Below are positions 45,416 to 55,063 of a stretch of DNA of 64,000 bases, piece by piece (position 1 is the first letter of the stretch; each line of letters opens with the position of its first letter). The notes under the pieces are model-generated. The model saw only the letters and a list, made by a program, of their open reading frames with translations. It was not told the DNA's origin and did no database searches. Source of the stretch: a virus. The stretch lies in IMG/VR virus record IMGVR_UViG_3300042516_004811, positions 87,108-151,107 of that record; one strand, written 5' to 3'. The position numbers and the translations under genes are program-made.

Positions 45416-46026
45416 GTTCAGAAGCTCTAATGAATGGTTCACATTTTGCCAAGCAGTTTGTGACGGATTATCTAAAACAAGATATGCCAATTAGACTCAT
45501 TCGTTACAGGAACGGCTGGAACCTAGATAGCTCTCAGTTGCCGGACCCAATGCAGTACATAAGTTATGAACCACTAGCCATAGATGAGTGGCCATCAATA
45601 ATCACCGTCGCTCTGTCAATGAATAATATAAACAGAATCGGATTCGATGGTCCAGACCCGCTGTATAGAGTTTCTTACAACATGCGCACATATGTTTGGG
45701 TTAGGTCAGAAGGTTCAGAGGGCGTAACATTAATGCGTGACCGACTCGTAACCGTTCTGCGGTCTTCGCTACTTGACTACCCGTGCTTAAAGGCTTATGA
45801 CTCAAGAACATCCTTCAAGGCAATGATTGATGAAGGAACAATTCGTGAAGAATACTCAGATATTACGCTTCTAAAGGGCGACCGAATGATGGCTGGGGCC
45901 TATGTTGGATACACATTGAATCTTGATGAGGTTGTAACACGGGTCGGATTGGGAACTGTTTCAGAAATACAGTTGACAACATTCTCAGTCGGGCCAAATC
46001 AAGAGTTAACGGAACCAGAAGAGTGA
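45412..46026 (+). CDS. tail completion/terminator protein
   Basis: Position immediately before the sheath gene and size. Confidence 0.55.
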   Translation: MSSEALMNGSHFAKQFVTDYLKQDMPIRLIRYRNGWNLDSSQLPDPMQYISYEPLAIDEWPSIITVALSMNNINRIGFDGPDPLYRVSYNMRTYVWVRSEGSEGVTLMRDRLVTVLRSSLLDYPCLKAYDSRTSFKAMIDEGTIREEYSDITLLKGDRMMAGAYVGYTLNLDEVVTRVGLGTVSEIQLTTFSVGPNQELTEPEE

Positions 46027-46136
46027 TTGCAGCTTCTGCAATAAAGTTAAATTCATAGTTGCACAAAATATTACCTACCCATCTGTACAATTAGAACCAT
46101 ACGGGAGTTAATCCAAAGCTCGAACAGTGAGGTCCT

Positions 46137-47603
46137 ATGCCTGGCTTAGTCATTTCAACTTCAGTGAGAACCGGCCCATCATCAGCGACGGTTCGCGAAT
46201 CTTCACAGCTATTTGTCGTCGGCCAGGCCGAGCGCGGCCCATCCGATGAACCAGTCGTGGTTGAGAGCCTGGCAGAGTTTGAGTCGATTTTTGGTGGGTA
46301 TATTTCAGGTTCTTATCTGCATCCAACAATTGAGACATTCTTTGAAGAGGGTGGAACACGCGCCTACATCGGTAGAACCGTTGGTAGTGCTGCTGCAATT
46401 GGTGAACTCACACTTCAGTCAGCAAGCGCAGTTGACGTTCTGACCCTCACCGCCAATGGTGCTGGAGACTGGTCAGACAACCTGGAAGTTGAAGTTACTC
46501 AGCCAACACCTGGCTCAACATTTAAGGTCAACTTCTATTACGACTCAGCTCTTGTTTACTCAACAGGAACAGTAACATCAGCGACTCAGGCAGCTGGCAG
46601 AATCAACTCTTCAGCTATTGCGACTCAGTATGCATCTGCAACTGTCGAGGACGACACCCTCATTCCGGCAGTCCTGGCTGCAGAAAACGGTGCATTCTCT
46701 GGCGGAGATTCCAACACAGCCGGAATTAACGATGCTAGCTACGTAGCAAGCCTTGAGTTGTTCAACGATGCTCTTGGCTCTGGTGCGGTAACATGCCCAG
46801 AGAGCTCAGCTACCGAGGTTGTTCAGGGACTGGTTGCCCATGCCAACACATACAGCAGAATTGCTCTACTGTTTGGCGGAGAAACCAACAGCGTTGCAAC
46901 AATCAAGCAGGCCGCTCTTGACGTACAGACAGAAAACCACGCCGAGCACGCCGCTTACTACTACCCATGGGTTGAAGTGCCAACAGGAACTCCTGGCGTA
47001 ACACGCTTCATTCCACCAGTTGGATATGTTGCCGGCAAGCGTGCCCTTGCTCACAATCAGACAGGACCACATCTTCCTGCGGCTGGCCTCCTCTCGGTTG
47101 CTCGCTTCGTAGTTGGGCTCAAGTCCAGCATCAATAAGACCGTTGGTGATGACCTTGACGAGAACTACGTGAATGCTCTGAGGGTTATTCAAAACACCAT
47201 ACGAATTTATGGTGCGCGCTCATGCTCTTCAGATACTGACAACTTCCGCTATATCACACAGCAGGATGTTGTTAACTCAATCGTGACGGAGTGCTACCGC
47301 TCAATCGAAGATGTCGTCTTCAGTGCAATCGACGGAAGAAACACAATTTTCGCGAACGTCGAATCACGACTACTTTCAATTCTTTCCGTCATGCGCAACA
47401 TTGGCGCTCTGTACCCAGCCTTTGACGCCAATGGCCGTCAGCTTGACCAGGGATACACCGTACGATGCGATGCTTCGCTCAACCCCGCCTCTCAGCTAGC
47501 GACCGGCTTGGTCAAGGCTACTGTCGGTGTTCGAGTGAGCAGCGTTGGCGACAAGATTGAAATCGAAATCGTCAAGTCCAACCTAACCTCATCAGTGGTT
47601 TAA
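46137..47603 (+). CDS. tail sheath protein
   Basis: MPG..., VVGQAERGP, FFEEGG.RAY, AAYYYPWV, PPVGYVAG, VNALR, IYGARS. Confidence 0.93.
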   Translation: MPGLVISTSVRTGPSSATVRESSQLFVVGQAERGPSDEPVVVESLAEFESIFGGYISGSYLHPTIETFFEEGGTRAYIGRTVGSAAAIGELTLQSASAVDVLTLTANGAGDWSDNLEVEVTQPTPGSTFKVNFYYDSALVYSTGTVTSATQAAGRINSSAIATQYASATVEDDTLIPAVLAAENGAFSGGDSNTAGINDASYVASLELFNDALGSGAVTCPESSATEVVQGLVAHANTYSRIALLFGGETNSVATIKQAALDVQTENHAEHAAYYYPWVEVPTGTPGVTRFIPPVGYVAGKRALAHNQTGPHLPAAGLLSVARFVVGLKSSINKTVGDDLDENYVNALRVIQNTIRIYGARSCSSDTDNFRYITQQDVVNSIVTECYRSIEDVVFSAIDGRNTIFANVESRLLSILSVMRNIGALYPAFDANGRQLDQGYTVRCDASLNPASQLATGLVKATVGVRVSSVGDKIEIEIVKSNLTSSVV

Positions 47604-47619
47604 TCGGAGGAAATAAGCA

Positions 47620-48117
47620 ATGGCAAAAATTTCGCAGAGACAAGTACTTGCGACGATTGTCCCAAGCACCTTCACTGACAACGCTAAGCAGCAGACAAAC
47701 GTCCAGACAAACCTGCCCAAGTGGAATGACTTCCGCTTTGCTCAGGTCTCTGGTGGTGAAATCACTGCTTCGGTTGAGAAGATTTACGAAGGTGGTAAGT
47801 CACGTCCAACGGTGCTGTGTGCTCCATCCGAGATTGGTGATATCACCTTGACGGCGCACTACGACGACGACTTTACCCCAGCTGATACCGCCGCTGGTAT
47901 CGGAGACAAGTTGCAGAAGCTCCGCCGCTACGTTGGTGTTGCGTACTACAACGTTACAGTATCTGTTTACGACTGTGACATCAAGGACCCAACCAATGAC
48001 CGCGTTTATACAAACGCTCTATTGGTGGGAATGACCGAGCCAGAAGGCGACTCCTCATCTGGAGCCCCAGCTACGTTCGCCCTAACGTTCGCAATTTCTG
48101 ACGTCGACGCTGCATAA
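47620..48117 (+). CDS. tail tube protein
   Basis: Follows the sheath gene. FAQVSGG...DITLT...DSSS. Confidence 0.8.
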   Translation: MAKISQRQVLATIVPSTFTDNAKQQTNVQTNLPKWNDFRFAQVSGGEITASVEKIYEGGKSRPTVLCAPSEIGDITLTAHYDDDFTPADTAAGIGDKLQKLRRYVGVAYYNVTVSVYDCDIKDPTNDRVYTNALLVGMTEPEGDSSSGAPATFALTFAISDVDAA

Positions 48118-48166
48118 CTAACAGAGTTGCGCTTCCGGCGCATGTCACTATGCTAGGTTCTACCTC

Positions 48167-48709
48167 ATGAGTGATAACGCATTTTTCACAGTTGAGGACG
48201 GCAACGAGGATAACAAGACCCCCAAGAAGGGTCGTGAGTCCACTAAGTCGCACGAGGAAACGCAGCTCCAGAAGCTTCGCGGAATTGTAAGCAAGAAGGT
48301 CGAAAGACCTATTGTCTTGCTACCTGTTCCGGAACGCCCTGGTGTCAGCCTGAAGGTAAGCCCCAACATTACCCAGTCCCAGATGAAGAACTGGCGTAAG
48401 AATGCTGGTGAGGACTCCAGAAATGGCCTTGATGCGACAAAGTTTGCATGTCTAGTTATTGGGCACACAACAATTGGCATCTACATGGATGACGAAGAAG
48501 TGTTTGACGATAACGGTACCCAAATGACCTTTGGACATCCACAGATTCTGGAGATGACCGAAACAACTCGTCCAGTCCCTGACGCTGTTCGCGCCCTTTT
48601 CGGCGTGGACCCACATGTAGAGTCCGCAGCTCTCGCAATCCTTGATGCTGCTGGTTACTCGGATACGGTGGCAGCCGTGGACCCTACGAAGGAATCTTCG
48701 ACGAACTAG
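48167..48709 (+). CDS. tail assembly chaperone (short form)
   Basis: Between tube and tape measure genes. Ends DPTKESSTN. Confidence 0.75.
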   Translation: MSDNAFFTVEDGNEDNKTPKKGRESTKSHEETQLQKLRGIVSKKVERPIVLLPVPERPGVSLKVSPNITQSQMKNWRKNAGEDSRNGLDATKFACLVIGHTTIGIYMDDEEVFDDNGTQMTFGHPQILEMTETTRPVPDAVRALFGVDPHVESAALAILDAAGYSDTVAAVDPTKESSTN

Positions 48710-48882
48710 CCGAAGATTCTTACATCAAGTCAGCAGCAAGACTTGGAGAACTCTTTAATGTCAATCCATTGGAGCTGCTAAACGTTGACGACACTGACTG
48801 GATGATACTGATGGCTTGTGCTACAGTTATTAGTAACGACCGCGAAGAGCAAGAGCGCCAGTCGAAGACTCAGAAGACCTAA
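48682..48882 (+). CDS. -1 frame extension of the tail assembly chaperone (G-T type)
   Basis: Open -1 frame PYEGIFDELAEDSYIKSAARLGELF...QKT* fills the gap before the tape measure gene and lacks an obvious start of its own. Confidence 0.7.
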   Translation, partial: PYEGIFDELAEDSYIKSAARLGELFNVNPLELLNVDDTDWMILMACATVISNDREEQERQSKTQKT

Positions 48883-48947
48883 TATTCAGGCTTCATAGCT
48901 CGGCCGCCCTTACACTCACGTGAATTAAAAACTCACCTGGAGACGTA

Positions 48948-51900
48948 ATGGCCGACGAGATTGTCAGCATAAAACTTAAGGTAGATGCCCACGATAGGCA
49001 GCTGACCCAAGTTATTGCCAAGCTCAAGGCTCTTGAGGCTGTCGAAAAACGCCTTGCTAGCGGTTCTCGCATGCAGAATTATGCAAAGAACCAAAGCAGC
49101 GCACTAAACGGCATGACAAAGGGCTGGAAGCGCCACTTTGATGCTGTTGACGCCGGAATTAAAATGATGGGCAAGGGTCTTAGTGGATTCCTCAAGATGG
49201 CCATCAAAGGTGTAATTATCGAAATGGGCCTCCTTGGCGCTTCCATGATTGCCGTCCACGGTGTGTTTGTTGCTGGTCAGCTGATAATGAAGGCCTATCG
49301 AGGGGCTATGCAGCTGGTCGCTGGTGCGGCCGCAGGAACCGTGGTTGCCATAGCGGCGGTATCGGCAGCAATTCGTGAGCAGCAAGCCGCAATATACGCC
49401 TACCGAGGCAAGGGCGCTAAGGAATTTGGCTCAGCCATGAGTCAGACGCGAATGGCGATGAGGGCGCTTCAAGCTGACGCAAGTTTGGCGACGCTTGGCG
49501 TGGATGCCCTCAACCAGGCATACGGCATTATGTCAACGACGATGAACTCTCGTCAAATCGCAGGAAGCACCGGAGCGCTAAAAGCATTGATGGACTTTGG
49601 TTCAGCCGGCCAAGACCCAGCAAAAGGCCTCCAATCAGTTGCCTCTGTTGTTCAGGCACTTAATGACCCAAAGAAGGGCATGGCTGCAGTTAGGGCGGAA
49701 GCTAAAAAACTTGGTCCGGAAATGGAAAAAGCGCTTAAGGCCGCAAACGTTCAGACAAAACAGCAATTTTCCGAACTTCTGTATTCGGGAGAACTAGCCC
49801 GACTTGGTGGCGTAGAAGGCCAATTTGGGGCAATCAATAGCACCCTTATTGCGCAACTAAAAAGCTATATGACGCAGATGCGAACGGTTTTCGCAGACTT
49901 TGGTGACCAGTTTCTTGAACCACTAAAGGTTGCCTTTAACGAAATATTCCACATCCTCAAGAGGGATATCGCCAGAATTATGGGCGCTGTTCAAATAACC
50001 ATCGGAACAGATGGTTATATCGATGGTTTCGTAAGCATGATTGACAAAACCTCAAACTTCATGGTCAAAATGATTCGTGAATACCTGCCCAAGGCTGTTG
50101 GTATGTTCGACAGAATTGGCGATTGGATGGATAACTTCCAAAAGGGATGGAACAGAACTCTTGACTACCTGCGCCCACTGATTGACGGTGCTCGCGTTTT
50201 ATATAGGGCATTAAACCCAGTATGGGAAGCAATTAAGGGCGGAGCAGACAACCTGTTCCTTATGAAAGATTTGCTTGTCGAAAATGCTGACAATGTAGAG
50301 GAATTTGGTGAGCGTATTGGTGGATTCATAACAGCGCTATCTGAACTGTTCATGAACCTAAAGATGATGTTCTTTGATGTTCTTCCATTAATTAATGACA
50401 TGATTAGTGGACTTACTCAAGTATTCAAAATGCTCTCCAATATTCTTACCGGGTTTGCCGGCAAGGGGTTGACATCAGCTCTTGCTCCATTGTTGGCTTT
50501 TGCTGTTGCTGGCCGAGCAATGCAAGGCGTAAAGGGACGCCTAATGCCGGGCGCTACACCATTCAAGCAAAACATGATGAACGTTCAGGCAAACGTCGTA
50601 AATGTGAGTGGTCCTGGTGGTCCAGTTGGCGGCACTGGACCAGGAGGGCTATCCTCGGGCCTACGCCGAGTGGGCGGTATGGCTCCAGTTATGGCAAGTG
50701 GTGCGGCATATGGTCCAGCCCTTCCACCTGGCTCAATGAGACTCAGGGACCTCAAGTCACAGCACGGCATGACAAGAGGCGCCCTCATGAGGGAGGGTAT
50801 TGGCGCGGCAACGCGAAATATGAACTACCAGAGCATCATGGCTGGTGGTAATGCAATTGTTGCTGGAAGACCTGGATTCCTATCAGCCCTCAGCCGTGGT
50901 CGTGGAATTGGAATGCCGAGCTACTCGCAGGCTTTAGGAATGACCCCATTTGAGAGAAATCAGATGACCGCAACACAGACATCTCGTCGTGATGACTTGC
51001 GTCAGGGTGCAGCAAACTCACTAAGAAATCTAGGAACAAGAGCGAAGCAGGGTCTCGCTACTGCAAATTATAGAGGTCGTCAGGGTTTTGGTGCTGCTGC
51101 TGGTTTAATGGGATATGCGCGAAGCGGTGCATGGGATGAGTCAATGGGCGCATATGTTGACGTGGGGGCAAGCCGCCAAGCGTTGCGTGACAAGCTAAAC
51201 TACGACCTATCTCAACAAACAGCTACCGGTCCGCTGGGTAGGGCGAAACTTCGTGCTAGAGCCGCAATAGACCAAAGCCGAATATCACGAAACTATACAA
51301 AGTTTGGTGCTGGTATGAATAAGTTTCAGGGCGGAATGGGTGGACGTATGGGAACGTCACTTGGTCTTGGCTTAGCCAGTCAGTACGCACCAGAGGAAAT
51401 GCGCGGAGCCATGGCGCTTGGTGGCATGGTTGGTCAGTTCAATCCACTAGCAGGTATTGCGGTTGCCGGAGTTGGCGGAGCCCTAAAAGCTGAGGGGGCA
51501 GGCAAGGGGGCGCTATCTGGAGCAGCAGGTGGAGCAGCAATTGGAGCCATGGTTGGTGGACCAATGGGAGCGGCTATTGGTGGTGGAATTGGTCTTGTTG
51601 TTGGCGGCATTATGGGTTCCATAAATAAGGGGAAGGCGGAACTGAAGCGCGCAAAAGTTGCGGCTGAAAATTCATTCGACACCCTTTATGCCGGTGTTGC
51701 TTCAAGCGCATCTAAAAAACTTACAAATTTTCAACAGATAATTGAGGCCGGGGGAACTATCGCCGTAGGAACAAAAGGCGCGTTTCAGGACCAGGCTTAT
51801 GAAACGAAAGGAAGACAGGACACACTGCGAAGAACGATTCTTGGTCTTCAACCAGGCGGTGGTCCCTCAATACATAGACCACAAGGGGAAGTAATCGAAG

Positions 51901-53498
51901 ACTTGTACAGAAATCAGGCTAGATACGGCATGACGATTACTGAGCAAGAATATAAAGACATGACAAAGAGCCCTGAAGCAACTTCTAAGGCGCTTCAAAC
52001 CTATCTAACCGAAATAGGAGAGGCGGAAAAACCACTCCAAGCTGTTCAGGACCAAACTACAGCCAGAATGAACATGCTAACGAAAATGACAGGCAAGACG
52101 GCCCCAGAGCTAGAAATGCTTGCCCATGAAATCGGTTTCAACCTATACGATGCAACACTTGATTTTAATAAAGTAGTCAAAGAACTTGGTGCTGCAGTAC
52201 TGAAAACTGGCCAAGAATTTAAATTTGCAATGCAGGACGCATTTCTTGGTGGCTCAGAAGTATTCCGCAAGTCAGTGGAACAACGTGAAGGTGAAAAGGC
52301 TGTGGACCAGTCTGCTGCAGCACTGAATGCGGTACTCATGGGCGGGGGCAGTATCGAGGAAAAAAACCTGGCCCTTGAGCAAACGATGGCGGACTTCTTC
52401 CCGCAGATGCTCGCTGCTTCTGGTGGAGACCCAATATCCGCCTACTTGAGCACTCAGGCATTATTTGGCCAGGGGCCAACTGGTGGGGCATTTGCGCCAG
52501 GCATGGCATACGCGGGACAGGGTGAATTCTTTGCTCAAAACGAATCATTCCAGGGAATGCTTGAGCAGCAGAAGACCGCAATGCCCCAGATTGCAGCTGA
52601 GCAGCTATCAGCATATGTATATAGCAAAACTGGTCAAGCACTAGACGTATCAACATTGATTCCAGCCATCGGAAAAATGACCGCAGAGCAACAGGGTAAG
52701 TTACTTACAGACCTTTCTACGCTCGACCAGAACACCCTTGTTCAGACCGGAATGAATGCATATGACAAGGTTGAAACAAACGCCCTCAAGGGAATAACCG
52801 CATATTCGGGGGACCAGGGAATCAAGGATGTTCTTGCTGGAGTTGGACTTACTGGTGCAGGGCTTGTGAAAGCTGGTGAAGATGTAAATGTTGTTTCTGA
52901 TGCTCTGGCCGGCCTAACAGACCCAATGAACACGTTAGGCATAAAGACAGAAGACCTTAAAAATACGGTAGAGAAGCTTAACGAAAACTTTGGGGCATAT
53001 TTTACTGGAAAAGAACCAGAAGAAGATGACACCAGAACACCAAGAGGTGGACAAATTGGCGACACCGCAACATCCCGCCTATCACAGACGATGGCGCGTC
53101 ATGCAGGCCTTGACTCACAGCTCACCGGCAAGAGAACAATCACATCAGCATTTAGGACATGGGGCCTTGGTTCTCCAAGTTCGGACCATGCAACTGGCAG
53201 AGCATACGACCTAACCGGCCAAAACCTCGGTCAATACGCAAAGCTCGTTCATGCAAACGGTGGATTTGCGGAGTTCCACGGAGCAGCCGCTAATCGCCAC
53301 CTCCACGTCGTTCCTGGTCCGGGAATTGGCGACACAGCAACAATGAGAGCAACAGTTGGAGCATCTTCTGGCGGCGGCTCGACGACCAATTACTATAACT
53401 TTGAGATAAACGGAACGGGTTTTGACTCAGAGGCAGTTGCTCAGATGGTAATGATGAAGATTAAGGAAACTGAGCGCGTGAACAGAGAGCGTTCATAA
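48948..53498 (+). CDS. tape measure protein with a C-terminal M15-like peptidase domain
   Basis: Long Ala/Gly-rich helical protein. ITSAFR...SDHATGRAYD...HLHV. Confidence 0.9.
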   Translation: MADEIVSIKLKVDAHDRQLTQVIAKLKALEAVEKRLASGSRMQNYAKNQSSALNGMTKGWKRHFDAVDAGIKMMGKGLSGFLKMAIKGVIIEMGLLGASMIAVHGVFVAGQLIMKAYRGAMQLVAGAAAGTVVAIAAVSAAIREQQAAIYAYRGKGAKEFGSAMSQTRMAMRALQADASLATLGVDALNQAYGIMSTTMNSRQIAGSTGALKALMDFGSAGQDPAKGLQSVASVVQALNDPKKGMAAVRAEAKKLGPEMEKALKAANVQTKQQFSELLYSGELARLGGVEGQFGAINSTLIAQLKSYMTQMRTVFADFGDQFLEPLKVAFNEIFHILKRDIARIMGAVQITIGTDGYIDGFVSMIDKTSNFMVKMIREYLPKAVGMFDRIGDWMDNFQKGWNRTLDYLRPLIDGARVLYRALNPVWEAIKGGADNLFLMKDLLVENADNVEEFGERIGGFITALSELFMNLKMMFFDVLPLINDMISGLTQVFKMLSNILTGFAGKGLTSALAPLLAFAVAGRAMQGVKGRLMPGATPFKQNMMNVQANVVNVSGPGGPVGGTGPGGLSSGLRRVGGMAPVMASGAAYGPALPPGSMRLRDLKSQHGMTRGALMREGIGAATRNMNYQSIMAGGNAIVAGRPGFLSALSRGRGIGMPSYSQALGMTPFERNQMTATQTSRRDDLRQGAANSLRNLGTRAKQGLATANYRGRQGFGAAAGLMGYARSGAWDESMGAYVDVGASRQALRDKLNYDLSQQTATGPLGRAKLRARAAIDQSRISRNYTKFGAGMNKFQGGMGGRMGTSLGLGLASQYAPEEMRGAMALGGMVGQFNPLAGIAVAGVGGALKAEGAGKGALSGAAGGAAIGAMVGGPMGAAIGGGIGLVVGGIMGSINKGKAELKRAKVAAENSFDTLYAGVASSASKKLTNFQQIIEAGGTIAVGTKGAFQDQAYETKGRQDTLRRTILGLQPGGGPSIHRPQGEVIEDLYRNQARYGMTITEQEYKDMTKSPEATSKALQTYLTEIGEAEKPLQAVQDQTTARMNMLTKMTGKTAPELEMLAHEIGFNLYDATLDFNKVVKELGAAVLKTGQEFKFAMQDAFLGGSEVFRKSVEQREGEKAVDQSAAALNAVLMGGGSIEEKNLALEQTMADFFPQMLAASGGDPISAYLSTQALFGQGPTGGAFAPGMAYAGQGEFFAQNESFQGMLEQQKTAMPQIAAEQLSAYVYSKTGQALDVSTLIPAIGKMTAEQQGKLLTDLSTLDQNTLVQTGMNAYDKVETNALKGITAYSGDQGIKDVLAGVGLTGAGLVKAGEDVNVVSDALAGLTDPMNTLGIKTEDLKNTVEKLNENFGAYFTGKEPEEDDTRTPRGGQIGDTATSRLSQTMARHAGLDSQLTGKRTITSAFRTWGLGSPSSDHATGRAYDLTGQNLGQYAKLVHANGGFAEFHGAAANRHLHVVPGPGIGDTATMRATVGASSGGGSTTNYYNFEINGTGFDSEAVAQMVMMKIKETERVNRERS

Positions 53499-55057
53499 TG
53501 GCACTTGGTGATGTAACACTAATTACTGTTGGCTATACGTCAACGGCTGGGAACTCTACAAAAAAGATGTACCCAATTAAGCGTAAATATAAGCAGGTGG
53601 AGCGGACCGATAATCCAATATTTCCTTCTTCTTATCAACTTTTTGATACCACCTATTACTGGTTTCCGTACGATGAGCTAAACGTAACCGAAGAAAATTA
53701 TGTCGTATATGAATCGGGTGATGAAATTGGATGGCAGGAATCACCAAGAAAGCATAAGCCAGCAGTTGCTAAAGCTTCTCCGGATTTGAAAAAGTATGAC
53801 CTTATTCAGTCTGGAACACGTATTTACTACGCAAACAACATATATGAGGCCACTGCTTATTATTTTAACTGGACAGATACCAAACTTGGTCTACGCAGAA
53901 ATCCATACTTTTCTAATAGGGTAAATAAATGGCGTAGATTTGATGACTTATCAAACGATTGGGTTCAGTATTGGTATCACCCTTTCCTTAAGAGGTTTTA
54001 CCCACTCGAAGATTCAAGCATTGTGTTGGAATTGCCCGACTCCGGAGATTTTGACCAAGAGAAGTGGGACCTATTTATAGGCGATGCGCAAGACATGAAT
54101 CTGCAAAATTTAACTATTTCGCAAATAGAAGAATTAGTAGCGGGTGGTTTTAGTCCTGGTGCCGCAGCTGCAGCCGTAGCAAATATCGACAATAAGGTTG
54201 TTGCCGCAAATGTTTCAGATACAACACCATTGGAAAACTCAACAAGGCAATTGTCCGAAATAACTACACATTCCGACCCCACATCGGAAGCTCCAAAGCC
54301 AATAGCGGCTACGGTAATTCCTCGTGGCGGTGTTCCAGCCAATCAGAGAAGGCGGCGTGAAAGAACTAGACCAAGTGGCGTAACAAACTCCCCATCCATG
54401 ATTCAAGAGTACAAGAATCCGATAAATGGTGAGCAAAGACGAGAAAGATTTACATTCGATTATGCGCCAAACAATATTTCCTACACCAATATTGGTTCAA
54501 CATGGACGGAGATAGAGCGCATAAATAACGCTCCGATAGTTGACTTCAAGAACTTTAAGCATATGAAAATAAGTTTTGAGTTTGTGGTGGGTGATAAAGC
54601 TGGCGGAATTTCATCACTTTACACCTCGTGTGAAGAACAGTTATTTCAGTTAAGAAAGATGGCAGCCAGGCCGGAATTCGTCAGATTTGTTAACTTTGAC
54701 ACTCTTTTCAGCAAGTTTCTTATTTATCCAAAACTTCTACCAAACGGCAACAACACAGCATTTGCGATTGTTGACATGTCAATTAGCTCCGTTCAGCGGG
54801 CAAGAGAAGACAGCACAACGGGTTATTCTGGAGAGATAAGTAGAGCAACTGTAAACATGACAGTACAGGAAGTTTCTACATCATCACCCGACCTAATTAT
54901 TATGCCGCGCATGATTGCTGCTCCATTAAATCCAGGAAAACCAAACGAGGGTGGCGGAGACCCGGAAACATCTCGTAGAAAATTGACACAAACACCGGGT
55001 GTTACAGGAAAAGCCGCAACAACACCATACGACAACATACTTCAGCTTGGGCTTTGA
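53498..55057 (+). CDS. tail tube initiator/baseplate-associated protein
   Basis: Position after the tape measure gene. FTFDYAPNNISY...ISFEF. Confidence 0.55.
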   Translation: MALGDVTLITVGYTSTAGNSTKKMYPIKRKYKQVERTDNPIFPSSYQLFDTTYYWFPYDELNVTEENYVVYESGDEIGWQESPRKHKPAVAKASPDLKKYDLIQSGTRIYYANNIYEATAYYFNWTDTKLGLRRNPYFSNRVNKWRRFDDLSNDWVQYWYHPFLKRFYPLEDSSIVLELPDSGDFDQEKWDLFIGDAQDMNLQNLTISQIEELVAGGFSPGAAAAAVANIDNKVVAANVSDTTPLENSTRQLSEITTHSDPTSEAPKPIAATVIPRGGVPANQRRRRERTRPSGVTNSPSMIQEYKNPINGEQRRERFTFDYAPNNISYTNIGSTWTEIERINNAPIVDFKNFKHMKISFEFVVGDKAGGISSLYTSCEEQLFQLRKMAARPEFVRFVNFDTLFSKFLIYPKLLPNGNNTAFAIVDMSISSVQRAREDSTTGYSGEISRATVNMTVQEVSTSSPDLIIMPRMIAAPLNPGKPNEGGGDPETSRRKLTQTPGVTGKAATTPYDNILQLGL

Positions 55058-55063
55058 TACACC

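Noticed and set aside
48895-48913. ATAGCTCGGCCGCCCTTAC upstream of the tape measure gene resembles the antisense of the 5' side of 23S H69 (ATAGTTACGGCCGCCGTTTAC)
   Set aside because: Only an 8-nt exact core, with gaps on both sides and no promoter/terminator frame, so compatible with chance. Worth rechecking only if conserved in relatives.
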